From: Eledone cirrhosa
Taxonomy: Eukaryota
Assembly (NCBI GenBank): GCA_964016885.1
Contig: OZ024741.1
Span: forward strand, 340,442,001 to 340,506,000
Direction: 5' to 3'
DNA length: 64,000 nucleotides
Numbering within the stretch: position 1 is the first letter of the stretch; every line of letters starts with the position of its first letter. This document shows positions 1 through 15,015 of the stretch, piece after piece. A model generated the notes under the pieces. The model did not search any database. It had not been told where the DNA came from and worked only from the letters and a program-made list of their open reading frames with translations. The position numbers were made by a program, and so were the translations under genes.

Positions 1-434
1 CACACAGCATACATCAATTTCCTTTCGCTCTAGCATTTCTACGATTTCTCCTGCTCTTCCTTTCATTGAGCCTACATTGATGGTACCAACTCGGAGTTTT
101 GGGCATTTGTCGACACTCGTAGGGAAGGGTCTCTGGATTGGCGCTTCACATGGGTGCTTGGTAGCTCGCAGATTCATGTTTCATCTATTGATTCAGAGTT
201 GCTCAAATTTATTCTCAGCTCATCCATCCATAACGGTGGGAAAATTGAGGGCTAGAAGAACAGTGTTGGTGGGGTAATGGCAGGGTGTGTTGGGCTGCGA
301 CAGCGGAGGAGAGAGTTAGTTAGGTAGTAGTAGTAGTAGTAGTAGTAGCAGCCGTAGAGATAGCATGCTGAGGTTTGATTGGTCGAATAGGCTATGGTGG
401 TGTGAGGGGGTGGGTGGGAGGGAAATTGTGAGGT

Positions 435-953
435 AGGCACTGAGGGTCGCCGTCAAGGCTAACAGACTTAAATAACCGATAGATTAGAATACTGCGTGGT
501 AAATATCCGAAATAATGCTAACAAACTTAAATAACCGATATAATACAGCAAACTTAAATAACCGAAATAATACAGCAATAATATTAATAATAATAGCGTC
601 ATAATAGCTAAGATACCTTCGAAAATTTGTATGGATGGGTGGCTGGACATCCAAATCAACTCTAGTGAATCATTTTAGCAGATAAGGATAAAGCGTCTTA
701 TCTCTTCAATAGCTTCAAGATGAGTGAGGTGGAATGGGCGAAAGGGAGGTAATGGCTTAGAGATAGAGATAGGGTAGCCATCATAGAGAGGGGGGGGGGG
801 GGGAGAGGCACCGAGGGTCGCCGTCAAGGCTAACAGACTTAAATAACCGATAGATTAGAATACCGCGTGGTAAATATCCGAAATAATGCTAACAAACTTA
901 AATAACCGATATAATACAGCAAACTTAAATAACCGAAATAATACAGCAATAAT
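435..953. repeat. Direct duplication of a ~148-bp unit (435-582 and 806-953) with internal AAACTTAAATAACCGA sub-repeats
   Basis: Near-identical sequence AGGCAC(T/C)GAGGGTCGCCGTCAAGGCTAACAGAC...CAGCAATAAT seen twice. Confidence 0.85.
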
Positions 954-2350
954 GTATGTAATTAAGATGCAGCCCTGTCCTGTCAGTGATCAATAAGTAC
1001 TGACTTGTCAATGATGACTATTCCAATCCTTGCTAGCAGGGAAAATGGATGTAAAATGTTGAATAAAGACATCAGAGGGAAGCAAGAACCTTCAAGTCTT
1101 ATTGAAGATGAGACAATATAGGGCAGAAAGGATTCTTTGGTCTTGCTGGGGAGCAAGACAACAAATCTAGTGCTGGAGCAATAATATGATACAATACACT
1201 GTAAGTGTCTGGTGTTAGACTAAATATTCCACTGTAGAAACCATGTCTAAAATAGAACACATGTGTGAGGGTGGTGTTCTAGGAAAGAAAGCCTGAGTGT
1301 AGTGTTTAATGAAGGGTCTGAGGTGGTGATGGACAAAATAATGGTGACGAGAAATGAGAAAGTCAGGCATGCTTGAGTGGAGGTGGTAGAAAACAAATTA
1401 TTATGAGAGCAGAAGCTAATTTAGTCGTAGTAGGAAAGTAAGAGAAAGTAGACAGCATATCTGAGGGTCAGAGACTGGTGAACAAACTCATGTCAATCAA
1501 TTGAAGGGCTAATCTCTGGATGCAGTCAAAGATGCCAGTGTGTGTGTGTGTGTGTGTGTAGTCAGCAGCTCCACTGTCAGACATGATAGCAATATTTCAC
1601 TGATAGTTTGTAGACAGTCAGTGGTTGTTGGGTATGAAGTATTGTGTGGCATGGAAGAGGCAGGCCAGTTTTCATGATACAATCCTTGTTATGTTAAAGA
1701 TATATGTTTGCTAGAAGAAATCTTCAGTGACAGTGATTCTTAGTATCTGTAGTGATTCTTGTGGTTCTATTTATGTGCAGCTCATATTCATGGGGAGCGA
1801 TAGGAATGATATGTGATAATGTTTCATAACAAATGTGCAGTGAATGTGTATAGGCGGACTAATAAGCAAAGTGACACACTGGATCAGCAGGTGGGTGAAC
1901 AAGCGCAACAATTCAGCATCAATTTTGTTATTAAAGAGGAAATCACAGATTGTTGTAAAAATTTGCAATATTAAATTTAAGGACTTTAATTTTTAAGGTG
2001 ATGCAATTTTATACTTTTCAACAATGCCTTACTAATATGGTTTTAGGTAGTACAGGCTGTTAAGAGTTAATTTATTTCAGTCAATAACTCTTCAGTTGTG
2101 TCAAAAACTTGACAACCTCCCAAGTGCTGGTGCTAAGATAAAATGTACACTCCTACACTCTGTAAAGTGCAGGAACATATGCAAGTGAGATGCAGACCTG
2201 AGAGATCAGTAACTCCAATTAAGTATCCGTCCAAACATTGCAAGCAGTGAAATTCGACATTAAATAATGTCTAGAAAAATATAGGCCCACACATGGTGCC
2301 TCCCTATATCAGCAAACACAGAAAATAAAATTTTTTTTTTTTTTTTTTTA

Positions 2351-2545
<195 letters not shown>

Positions 2546-3289
2546 TCAAGCCTAATAAATAGATAAATAAACAAATAAAATATAAGCAATAAAGATGCAC
2601 AAAAAGGTAGATTGCAGGATTTTATGATTTGTCAAATGAATTATTGCTTCCATCAGTGTTAGAGATTCTGAGATTATGGATGAAAATGAAATAGCTCCCA
2701 CCTATGAGGTTACCTCATAGGTTTCTTGAGTGTTTTAATGATAGTGGCCTCAGTACTATCATGTTGTTGTTATAGCCACACTAATGCAGGTTTCTTAGCT
2801 GTTTTAATGATAGGGGCAACTGACCTGTCCCTCTGTCAGATTAAGTTACAAAGCAAAACAAAAAGAAAGTACTTGGAAATAAAAATTCCCAAACTCTGGT
2901 AGATAAAAACAAGTGATAAGACTGGAACTCCTATCATTAAAACATCTGAGAAAATTCCTATAAAATGCAACCTCATATGAGGCCAGTTAAAGCTACATAG
3001 GTGTAATCTATAAAAATAAGATGAAAGGATTGGGGCCCATCATTAAAACATTTGAGAAACATCCTATGAAATACAACTGTATATGAGGCCAGCTAAAACT
3101 ACATGTGTGAGCCATAACAAAGAAAAAAATGCAATGATAATCCTGATAGTAATCAAACCAGTTGAGTTAATAAGCTAATAGAGAAAATAGCTACTGACTG
3201 CAAGATGTACAAAGCACAAGATTATATTAACCAGTACTAAAGATACTGTTTATAGTACACTGGCTACATGTAAACCCAATCAAAAAGTC

Positions 3290-3712
3290 ATGGGAGGTTG
3301 CTCTGAAAGTATCACAGCTAGAATAAAAACAGGATGGAAAAAAAGGCCATGGAATTATCTGTTCTGCTGACAACAAAAGGTTTCTCTCTACGAACGAAAA
3401 ACTGGCTGTATGATGCCAGAATGCAATGTTAATGTGCATGAATGAGTTGAGAGAAAAGATAGATACAGGAATGAGATGTAATGTGCAAGCAATTAGATTG
3501 CACTGGTATGGATGATGATTGTTGAGCAATCAAGCTGCAGTAGAGGGAGATAAAAAAGACCAAGGTGGTGAGAGCTAAGCTCAAATTGCTGAAGTCCACA
3601 GAGATGACAACAAAGGAATGCAATGTGTGGAAGGGATTTGCACTGGAAAAAACCTGTCTAACCCATGCATGCATGGAGAAATGGACATAAAAAGGCAGCT
3701 GCTGATGATGAC
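3290..3712 (+). mobile_element. Degenerate RTE-clade LINE 3' remnant
   Basis: GGGAGGTTGCTCTGAAAGT...AGCTAGAAT...ACAGGATGGAAAAA resembles the RTE copy at 31.4 kb; ends in CCCATGCATGCATGGA...(GAT)n-like tail. Confidence 0.6.
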
Positions 3713-3789
3713 TATATGAAAACCCATTCAAAAAGACACTATATAATTACATGTTTGCTGTTGTTGGAGAGATAAGTTTTTTTTATAAA

Positions 3790-3939
3790 TCATATTTCCC
3801 AGCGTCGAAGGCGCTACTCTTTTCCTAAAATAAGTCTAAAAAAATCTACCAATGCATCTTGGAGGCCGAAGGCTATTTATTTTTTTTCAAATTTTTGGTT
3901 GTCAAAATTAAGATGCATCCTCGGCGCCGGGAAATACGG
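3790..3939. mobile_element. Short pogo/Tigger-like (Tc1/mariner) MITE
   Basis: Imperfect TIRs CATATTTCCCAGCGTCGAAGG ... CCTCGGCGCCGGGAAATACGG followed by TA. Confidence 0.55.
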
Positions 3940-6900
3940 TAACTACATGTCAGGATCATTTTTATATCTGCTTTTCTTTCAGAGATATCTTAGCACTTCT
4001 TCACCCATCAATCATCTATATACATCACTTGTCCACACCAGCACAATCCCCTATCTTGCATATGATTCCTCTCATGCCTACTTTGTCTTTCATGCATGCT
4101 AATAGGATATATATTGAGGGAGGGGGGGGGGGGGGGGTACCGACCCCATTTTTTTCTAACCTCCACACATCCTCTACATTCATACTATCAAAAGCATGAT
4201 TAGGGATATGAAGATAGCTGGGTCATAAGGTATAGCCATTTTGATACTGAAAATATCTTGCAAAGTAGGGGACACACTCCTCCATATAGTCAATTAACTC
4301 TTAATACCAACCCATCCAAAACTGATTCTATGGAACAAAACCTCATTTTGAAGGCTCTTATTTAAATGAAAATCTTCAAACATAATTTTATGTAAGAACG
4401 TTTTATGCTACAAATCCATCTTAATAAAATGATTTTTAGTAAGCCCTTACAAATTCTATGTTAATTCAAATACAGTGTATCTTATTAGAAATATGGTAAT
4501 GAAAGGTTAAAGTAGTAAAGTGAGGTGTAAGACAATCACTCATGTAGCAGTATCCTTTTCAACAACTACATGGGCAAAAAATGCACTAAAATGAAGCAAC
4601 TCGAGGCCTCAATTTGACATCAGGTTATGGAAAGTACTGAAAGAGTGATAGCACAACTGATTAGGAAGAGAATTAGCCTAGTTGAGATGCAGTTCAGCTT
4701 TGTGAAAGATAGCAGTTCAATGAGCATCTATCAACCTAGAAAGAGACCTTTGACATGGTCCCATGCTCAGTAGTCTAGTGGTCACTAAGTAAACAAGGCA
4801 TAAATAAATAGACTGTGAGGGGTGTGTTAGTTATTTACAGAGATATAGTCAGCAATGAGTTCAATTAGCATGCAGATAGGGGAGGGGTCTATCAGGGATC
4901 AGTTTTCAGCTCCCTCCTGTTATTGTTCTTCAAGCCAGGAGTTCCTGCAAGTGTATCCAAAAGAAGGAGAAGTAACTAACTTTCTTATTATTAAGCTGGT
5001 GTTTAGAATATAACTTTAAAGGCTCTTAGATAAAATTATGATGAAAGATTTTTAGATAAATATAAATATTTCGAAAGTTTCATATTATATAGCCAGGAGT
5101 AATTTGATTTCAAATGGGTTAAGTTGCTGTTTGGACATAACTTAAGAAAAGTTTTTTTTTTACAAAAAATTATAATGGAGTGTAAATTTAAACTCAAACA
5201 CTTTAAAACAAAAAGTTTTTCACCATAAAACCAAGAGCAGTTTTAGACAGGCTTGAACCAAAAGGGTTAAGGAGTTATCTTCTAATTAACCTCCCTCTGT
5301 AGGGCTGGCAGCTCGGTCTCTAGCACCCTAGAAAAGCCCTACAATATGTTCTATCCTCTTTCAGTTATGCTCTTCATTCTCTCAAATAACAGTTTGGCAA
5401 GCTGACAAACCTATTTTTGATACTACTTCCTCTGATCACAAAAAGAAAATTACTAAGCCTGCATTTTCTACTACACAGTCCACACTCACTAACACCAAAT
5501 CATGAGAGAGTTCATAATACAATGCAAACCTGGCAAATGTTTGGTGATTTATTTATTGATGGCAGGAAATCATTATACATAATTTAATTATACAAATTTC
5601 TATAAAACTGATCCTTTAGGTTTCAGTAATACACCTCTCCGAGGTCTGTCTCCCAGGCAACTGTTCAGTTTAACCTTAATGGTAGCACCGATCCTACCCA
5701 CCTGTCAGCTTGGTTTTTGTCCACAGGTATTTATAATTATTGCAGATGAATTTTCCCACTCCTTTGTATGACAACCTTAAATGATCCATTCCTTTCATAC
5801 AGCCATACCAGTGCATTTCATTTACATGGTTCAGGTACACTGTATCACTGCATGATGTAAGAGGTGACTAAAAGGGCTTGTGTCAGAAAGGGTATTTGAT
5901 TGTACTACATGGTCTCAAAACACCCTATCCAACCAATGTCAGCATGGGAAACAGGAAATAAAAACAATGATGATACCAGTGCAACTAATGAACGTTTTAT
6001 AGTTTCTAGTTTGGTGTTATATTTAATAGGATGTCATCAGCTCTCCCAAGATACAGAACCTATTATATATACACACACACATACCAGTAATGTAGTGTGA
6101 AAATGTAAAATAACTGATGAGGGAAGACTTTAAATAGGCATATACTATGAGTGTGTATTGACTAGTTCGTCAATACACACTCATAGTATATACAGTCAAC
6201 ATAAACAACCACACTGCATACAACCAACATAAACAATAACATTACATACAACCAACACAAACAAACAATCATTGTAAACAGTCAACACATGCAATCACGA
6301 TGTATGTAGGCAACATATACTATCACATTGTACACAAAATCACAATATACACACCACCATGTATTAACCCTTTCCGGCACATCAATCTTTCACCCCACTA
6401 CTAACAGCAAGTAACAATGCCTCAGCACCCGCAAAATTGACGAATACCTAGTCCCAGCGGATCCCAAGGCTTCATTCAGCCTAGTCAGTCTGTCACCAAA
6501 TAATTATCCAGTCCGAACTAAGTATTCACAACAAATGCTAAAAGAACAACCACCGCTAACTGACCAATCACACACATAAAAACTACGTAGAAATAAACCT
6601 CCTTCAAATCGCAATAGTTATCTTTAAAAAAGCAGGGATGGCATATTAGATAATGCTGCCCCTAGACATTACAAACATGCGACGGTCATATCTGGAACAT
6701 TTTAAATTGTTAATTACTCTCAGACAGGACCATCTAGGGGTTAACTACGTATAAACAAACATTGCAAAGACAAACGATAGATACATTTTTCATCGAATGT
6801 CTAATTGAAATACTTAATACAGTGTCCTTAATACACATAGCAATGTGTACATTACAACGTCTATTATCACTAAATCCAAACTACTGATTACTACTATAAT

Positions 6901-9900
6901 TCCAGACCAGCCCCGATCAACGGCGTTCCACCCTCGACCATCCACAGGACTATATAATCAAATTTGACTTTCAAATAAAAATCAAACATAAAAGATAGAG
7001 TTTGGTATGAGAGAGGGTTTTAGCTGTTATTTCAGTTACGTTGATCGACCGCTTGGAAGATTCCCTAGTTTGTAATATTTGGTGGCGTTGAATGAAGATA
7101 AAATAGGTTAGAAAACATACTATATATATAACACATACGTATATCCTGTCTAATTAACAAGAAATGTGAATGTAAAGGCAATCAATATTTATGTTAAGAT
7201 GAACTACAGGGTTACAGATATAATATTCTCTAGCATAGAGATATATTGGTGGAAGGTGAAGGGACTTTGGGATTAAATCACCACCAGTACTGGCACCTCC
7301 AATTTTTGACAGAAAAGTATAACTTAAGTCATTCCAGTCGTGATTACTTCCGTTCTTTTCAGCAATACCATTATATCTAAGATTATATTATCCAACGTAT
7401 ACTTCTATTTAAGACAATGGAGTGTTATTTGACGGAGATTTGACTGCTATTTATTTACAGCATGTAGAGCCCCCATCGCTGCCTGGTAGTATTAAAGGTA
7501 GTTATTTAACACTTATAAACCACGTGAAACGTAGAAGCAATACCTATTTAGTGTAATACAGTTCTTACATACATACATACACAAACACTAAACCTTAAAT
7601 TTACCGAGTTGGGAGCACACGTCTCCCCTAATAGCTTTTTATAAGTGTAACCGATTCAATCTAAAATTGAACCACCACCAAGATGACAATAGAAAGACAA
7701 AGTCCGCTGGTGCAAGGACATTAAAACATATCATACTAACAACAATAGCAAAACATCACTATTAATATTGTCGGCAGGAACACATAAATTAGTGTTCAGT
7801 TATATAAATGCACCAGTAGTATAATCAATACATATACAGTGTGTGTATCAGAGAGAAGTAACAAGTACATTTCACAACACAAACAATACATATACAATAT
7901 ATATATATATATATATATATAAATATTGGAAAGAGCAAAGTGCTTATAGACATTATAGCTATTATTTTCATTACTACTACCAACAAATACTTAACGGATC
8001 TAATATAGAAACAATTGTGTATTTAATAAGATTTGGTTGGTCTTAAAAAAATACAAAATAAAGCCTATAAAACAAACGCAACGAAAACACCAAATCAAGT
8101 ATTTACAAATCAAAGCTCTCTCTCACACCCTCTCTATATATACAGAAATGTTTATAGTTATATATAATATAGAAATCGAGAATGTTGTCTATAGAATGTA
8201 CAATCATCCCTAGATATGATATTTTAACTTGGGTATAACAGTAGAAACAAGACTTTCAAAAGGTCTTTGAAGGAAGCAAACGTTCCTAGACTAAAGTCTG
8301 GTGGTTTAAACATATAATAATAAAATACACATATTATATATATATATACACATTTTGTTGAGAGAAACATAGTACTGATTAAGTGAATAGCGGTGGTAGG
8401 GGGAAAATATAATTACCCGGGTGTTTCTATGTAGAGAGAGTTAATCAGAAAATACACAAGAGTCAACCATCTCTCCCTCTCTACTACTAACAAGGCAACC
8501 ACACACATATACATACATATAGACATATCCACACAGAAATATATATACATACACAGTTCGGAGGACCACTTACAACATCACGAAAATACAACATTAATTA
8601 ACATCACGGCCTGATTATATATACTTATATATATATAAATTAACGCACCTTTCTCTAGCTAATCCTACTTTTAGCCCAAGGCATTTTGAAAACGTATGAA
8701 ATTCAAACATAAAATACATTCAATACAAAACTGAAACAATTATTTTATAATAAATCAATAATAGAAAGAAAGAGAGGAAGAGAGAAAAAAATACTAAGTA
8801 CGTGAGCGACCTTACAGGATATTCGCGACCAAATTGTAGGAAATCACATTAGAATGTGTTGTGTATGATAGGATATGGCTTATTGTTATTAGTTGGCCCA
8901 AGTTCAGCATTGATTGAGTAGACCTAGATGAGCTAGCTACGGTGTTTCATCCGTGACTACCCCCGTATTTTTCATGTATGACTATTACACATTGTCTGAT
9001 GAGTATTTACCTCCCATTTTAAGACGACAGGGTGTGATTTGAGTGAGATTTAGTTACTATTTCTAGAATTTCAGCGTAGAGAGTCCTTTCGTTGACGCAG
9101 GCAAAAAGGGTGATTTTAGAGATTCGACTACCTTTTCTAGCAATTTTGGGCGACCGGATACTGGCTTCTTTCATTGGCTAGATAAGAGGAGGGGGGTAAT
9201 TGGTGAAATATGACGAAATAAATTGTACTCCAATATAATCAGTTTCACAGATAGATGCGTTGGGAGCAGAATCAATTCAATGACGACATTAACAATGATG
9301 ATGAGTGATACAGACACACGTATATACACTACATAAGATATTTAAACTGGAATTTTGACCACTACTCGAGTTTCACGCAACTCAGATAAGTGTTTGACTA
9401 TAGCCAACATTAAGTATATACCTCCGAAGGAAGCGTGGTCTAGGCAAGCGTGTATTTCATGAGTTCCAATCAGGAAAAGCAACACGAATGTCTGACGAAA
9501 CTATTTTCCCTTTTGGTGGAGTGATGGCCATGGAATAAGATACAACAAAATCGAGAAATCAATTTAAGAAAGAATTTTGTAATGAAAACGAACACACATT
9601 ATCGTAAGGCCAAATATTTATGGGGGAGAGATAAGTAGATTTAATCGATACAATCCTATAGGGTCGGATTAACCTAGTAGCAAGAGCATCATTTGTTGCA
9701 AGCCCTGCACTAAAATATACTATAGTACTATACTACCTTTAACTTTTATGTCACATGAAAGAATTAAGGATTTTATCGTAAGGCACCACACTAACCTAAT
9801 CCAAAAGCTTGATACCTCTAGCCCATTGTCAATATCGGAGATATGAAGGCTAATATACGACTTACACAGTTGCTATTAATGTGAAAAATAGTATATTACA

Positions 9901-10754
9901 ACTAGGAATGCAAAAAATGAAAAGTTAAAACGGCAGGGCGTGTTAAATCACAATTAAATCAATCGATCTCGGTAATAACACCGCAGAATTCAGGAGGAGG
10001 AGGGGGAGGGGGACAAAAAAAAAAATCAATGTATTTCCACAACACTGATTATAGTCAGAACAACGAGTGGTGAAAGTGAATGGGTTACGGTGAAATATCT
10101 AGTTCAGAGTGCCGGTTGGTAGCCGAGTCTTGCAAGACTGGTTTTATGTCGAAATCAGTTTATTTTTCACGCCGCTAACGTTTTTGGTAAACCGTGATAT
10201 ACTTCACCAACCACCAATACCCCACCCCACATTAAAATATACAGCCTTTGTGCCAAATCAAAGAAAAACAAGTCACGTTCCGTTATCAGTTATCTTGCAT
10301 ATCTTCACCGCTCATAACGATTGAATGGAAATGACGGTGAAGTTGGTTAATGTGTGTGTGTGTGTATAATATAATAGAGCACTGGCTACTACAATGAACA
10401 ACCAGCTTTGTTACACACTATATCTATATACATTGTGTATGGCGAGTACTTGTATAATACAAGTCCAGCTTCCGGCGAGGAGCCCACGATCATGGGTTAT
10501 TTCAATTAATTTACATCGGTTACGACCTTGGAAAAGGCATGAACGTCAACAGCTCTCGATTCTAGCAGCTTTGCTCTGAGTTAATATATCTAAAAATCGC
10601 ACATTGAGAGTTATTTATCTCTAAATTGGCTGTAATTATATCACACGTGAGATGTAATATCTCACGTAAGATAAATGAAATATTAATTAATAATTGAAAT
10701 TAAAAAGTGTATATCTTTAGCTAAATAAGCATGCAAGGTGCCATGATTTCTTAC

Positions 10755-10918
10755 CTGTTAGGAGGAGGAGGAGAGTTCCTATAAACACTGACTCACACTC
10801 AGGTAGCGAACAAGAACTTCGCTGCCTGCTAAACGTTTCCTTCTTGCCCTGTGAAACGAAATTAAAGAGAAACGGCAGCTTTTTATATGGCAGAAACGAA
10901 AGGAATTGAACCGGAAGT
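10755..10918 (-). promoter_or_regulatory. ELOC: Probable non-coding first exon and promoter of ELOC
   Basis: Strong minus-strand donor CAG|GTAAG at 10755/10754 and ETS-type CCGGAAGT motif at 10911-10918; the coding exon has an upstream acceptor and so needs a 5' exon. Linkage is inferred. Confidence 0.5.
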
Positions 10919-11501
10919 CGTGTATTGAATGATAGTTTCGTATCTCACTCTTTCTTAAAATCGGTCTTATATGCTTACCTATTCTCTCTGTACAAAAATA
11001 TGAACTACTATAAAATGTTATTCTTTCCGCACGATTTCCATATATTTTATAAAATTGTTACTTTCTCCCTATATTTTATGTAATTCGAATAAATTAAAGA
11101 TATTTAATGTGTGCTTAAATAACTTCTCAGTAGTTTCCCTTAGGAAATAAAGGCTACCAATACTTTCTAATGAGAGGAACATTTTTTTTAATGTTCCGAA
11201 GGCATTAATATTCCACTTCGTTACACACAAACTGAGAAATGTGAAGCATTTTACACGTATTGTATTGTGTTTCTTCCATTGTATAATAAGATTTAGAGTA
11301 TAAGTTACACTTCCAGTTCACATACATTTACAATGTACCATGCATTTTGTATTGAGGATTTGTAACGTCGTCAAGTAGATAAGCTACATGTTCGTTTTTC
11401 ACGTTTCAATGGAAAAGGATACGATCATTAAATTCAACATATATATATATATATAGAGAGAGAGAGATAAACGATACTTTTCCCATCGATATACTTGTTT
11501 G

Positions 11502-11537
<36 letters not shown>

Positions 11538-13530
11538 CACACAAGTATATCGATGGGAAAAGTATCGTTTATCTTTTAAACCATATTTATTTCCTACATA
11601 GAACCATATCTAATATGTTATTTTTAATTCAAGACGATAAGGTGTAATTTAAGGAATATTTGGATGCAATTTCTTCCCATTTGAGTGATCGTCTACATGC
11701 CCCAGTCGTTGTTGAATCGAAATATCCAACCCCCGCATGCAGTTAAAACGAATGTTAAATAATGCTACATTATTTCACAAAGAATCTTGCAAAACAAATA
11801 CAAACATCAAGTGTGTGTATGTTTTTATATATCGTGTTGCATGATATTTCAATCCAACAACGATTGAGGCATCTACCTGGTCATTCAAATGGGAAGAAAT
11901 TGCAGCCAAATATTCCCTAAATTACACCTTATCGCCTTGAAATAAAAATAACATTAGATAATGTGGTTATGCATTATATCTGGAAAAAAGGCAGGTTGAT
12001 CACGAAGGTTCCTCAACCATTTTTTTTATTTGTATTTGCGATTCTCTTTGTAGTGGAATTTGAAAGAAATAGCAAAGCATTTTATCCGACGCTCTAACGG
12101 TAGAATTCCGTCCGACTATCAGAAACAAAAGTTAGCGTGGACCTTGGTCAGTATGACAAATGTTCCAGGTTTTTGAACAATGAAATAGCATGCTTGTGAA
12201 ATTAACGTGCATATAGTTAACCGCCCACAGACACGCGCACCCATAACATAATTCTCAAGGAGATTCAACATCACATGGCCAAGCCGTTTGAATTAATTAC
12301 GACTCATGTTTTTTTTTTGTAGTTGAACCGATTGTAGCAACGTGAAATAAATTATTGATCAAGGACACAACGCGCCGCCAAGAATCGAACTTTATCAATT
12401 CATTTGTTAGGGCAGGATACAGAACTGTGTGCTTGGCAACGGCTGATAAGTAACAAAGACATTCTTTTAAGCACGTTTTTCTTTGAATGAAAAGAGCCTA
12501 GGTGATAGCTAGTTACCTCCCTTTAATTTAAATTTTGATGAGAATTCAACCAAGCCGAAGTCAGCTCTCTGGTTGTCTTCACCGCTAGAAATAACAGCCA
12601 AAATCACACCCTCTTCTAATACTACTATTACTATCATCATCATCCCCACCACCATAATTTTACAACTATTTCGTATCTTTACATGGCTTAGACGGGTCGA
12701 GTTGCGAAATTAGACAAGTGAGTTTGCTGAGTTTTGCTCATACATTCTATTGTGATATGGTGTTTAACCACTTCATGGCGTGTACCAAGTATTATATATT
12801 GGTAGTGCCATAACTCACTAACAAGATGGACTGGGTTTATTTTGTGGCACCAACACTAAGTTGCTCAATGTGTTATAGGCCAAGCTGGGAAGGCAATCAT
12901 AGAAGTGAGGGGCTAACTATTCTTTACCAAAGGAATGGGAAGAGAGAGAGGTGTCCTTAAAGACAGTGACATCAGGAGGTAGCACGGTTCTTTTTATGCT
13001 GATATGGTTAGATGAGGAAAGGAGAAATCAAGTATGTGTTTTATTGGGGTAGAAGTTATGAGTCGAACATATATATCATCATCACCGTTTTACGTCCATT
13101 TTTCAACGCTAGCATGGGTTAGACGAATTGTCCTGTTGTAGGCAATGCTAAATCAGTTGACCATATCTTGCTCATATAGAACTGATTTTGGCTTGGTTTC
13201 TATGGCTGGATGCCCTTCCTAACGCCAATCTCATTTACAGTGAGTACTGGGTGCTTTTTGTAGGAACATATGTAAGCATGATGCAGGTCCCCAGCCCATC
13301 GAGAAGTCTGCTGACAAATCACTCTGACAAGTGTGAAGTGTGGGTGGAACACAAATGAAAAGTAATAAAATTTTCCCAATAGCACCAAGTGTGAGTGGAG
13401 GGTAATGAAACTTTCTTAACACTAAGACTGAACTATTAACAGCACGATAACTAACAGAGGGAGCCGCTACATAGTTGTTCAACCCACTAGAAATAGTAGC
13501 TATATTTCTCCTAATTCACACCCTTCTCTC

Positions 13531-13844
13531 TTAACCCTTTAGCATTTAAACCAGCCAGAATTCTCTCACCTCTTTCTGTTCAAACCAGCTGTAACTGGCC
13601 ACTAAAATTATTAGGGCATTGTTCTCAAAATAAATAATATCAAAATCTTATAGATTCGATATGTGAGACAATTATGTGAGGTAAAGCTCTTACCATGAAA
13701 ATATAATAGTATATATATATATAGAGAGTAATTGTTTCTACTTTATGGCACAAGGCCAGCAATTACCCAGTGCATTACTGGTACTTTATTTTATCGACCC
13801 CGTAAGGATGAAAGGCAAAGTTAACCTCGGCACTAAACGGTTAA
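13531..13844. mobile_element. piggyBac-like MITE interrupted by a SINE fragment (13733-13832)
   Basis: Starts TTAA-CCCTTTAGCATTTAAAC, ends CTAAACGG-TTAA; same family as 41278-41490. Confidence 0.55.
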
Positions 13845-14682
13845 GGAAAGGACATATTGGATAATGTAGTCTTTAAAAGAGACAGGATGGTCAGATAGAA
13901 CAGAATCATAACTCTGCTTGAACAGAGTTGACCTGAGGACTTTATTGTTTAATCAAGATGTAAGGCAGAGCCTTTTCTCCCTTTTAGGGTTTCTGAGACA
14001 GATGGAAGAGATGTATGAAGGAAGGTAACCTGAAATTGGAAACCTTGCTTGAATATTTGCAGCATGTATGTATGGACCCATAAATCCTAATGGGCTTGTA
14101 GAGGTGTGCCACAATGGCATAGTGTGTCTTGAGCAATTTTATCCTGGTGGAGCCCATCCCCTCTCCAGGTCTGATCACAGCTGATCTTACATGCAGAGAC
14201 AAAGAGTGGAAGTGAGAAAAAGATATAGAGGAAGAACTGAGCCCCAGTACTCAACTGGTATTTTTATTACTGACCTCAAAAGAATGAAAGGCAAAGTTTG
14301 CAGAGTAGACATTGTTAAAAACACAATAGTCAGTAGGTGAAGTTAAATTGGGTGATAGATTAAGTCTACCAACCAAATAGGTCATAATGTGATTTGAACT
14401 CAATGCAAAAGCTGGAACAAATACTGCAAGGCATTTTGTACAATGTTTTAACAATTCCATGAAAGACAAAGTTGACTTTGGTGGGATTTAAAATCAGAGA
14501 GCTGAAATAAATACTGCAAGGCATTTTAACAATTCCATGGAAGACAAAGTTGATTTTGGCAGGATTTTAACTTAGAATGCTGGAACAAGTACTACAGGGC
14601 ATTTTGTTAGACACTCTAACAACAATAACAACAAAACCAATGAATATCAAATTGGTTGGATTTTATTGAATGAATAATTTTT

Positions 14683-14981
14683 CTACTGTGAAGATTTCTC
14701 TTTTGAAATTTCCTCTTTCAAGGACAATATATAGTCTGTTGCAGCCATGCCTGATTTAAAACACTTTCCAAGTTCTTCATCTGGGAATTCGGTAAGATTG
14801 AGAGAGGGGCTTTTATTGGTGAATGGATGCCATGCACCCTGAATGCTAGGATTTTCCGTGTGCCATGGTTTACGAAGTCGTTGTATCTGAATACCAGATC
14901 TCGTTCTCATGTACTCAATCCATTTACTGATTTCATCTTTATTATTGTTGTGGACATTAAATGATTCATAATATCCATTTA
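14683..14981 (-). CDS. MRPL43: Mitochondrial ribosomal protein L43, exon 3 (terminal)
   Basis: (L)NGYYESFNVH...RSGIQIQRLRKPWHTENPSIQGAWHPFTNK...SSQ*; matches the MRPL43 motif HT.NPSIQG.WHPFTNK. Acceptor CTTTTTGACAG ends at 14982; AATAAA at 14662-14667 on the minus strand. Confidence 0.95.
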
Positions 14982-15015
14982 CTGTCAAAAAGAGAAAGAG
15001 AGAATCAATATATAT

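Noticed and set aside
435-953. Repeated AAACTTAAATAACCGA units resembling a CRISPR-like array
   Set aside because: Eukaryotic context, spacers are short and related, and no cas genes; simple duplication
6114-6140. CTGATGA at 6114, and similar CTGANGA hits near 8996, 9493, 22370 and 36282
   Set aside because: No properly placed stem II plus GAAA and cleavage triplet
8805-8830. Minus-strand GTAAG donor-like site as an alternative ELOC first exon
   Set aside because: Weak exon-side match and no supporting promoter motifs
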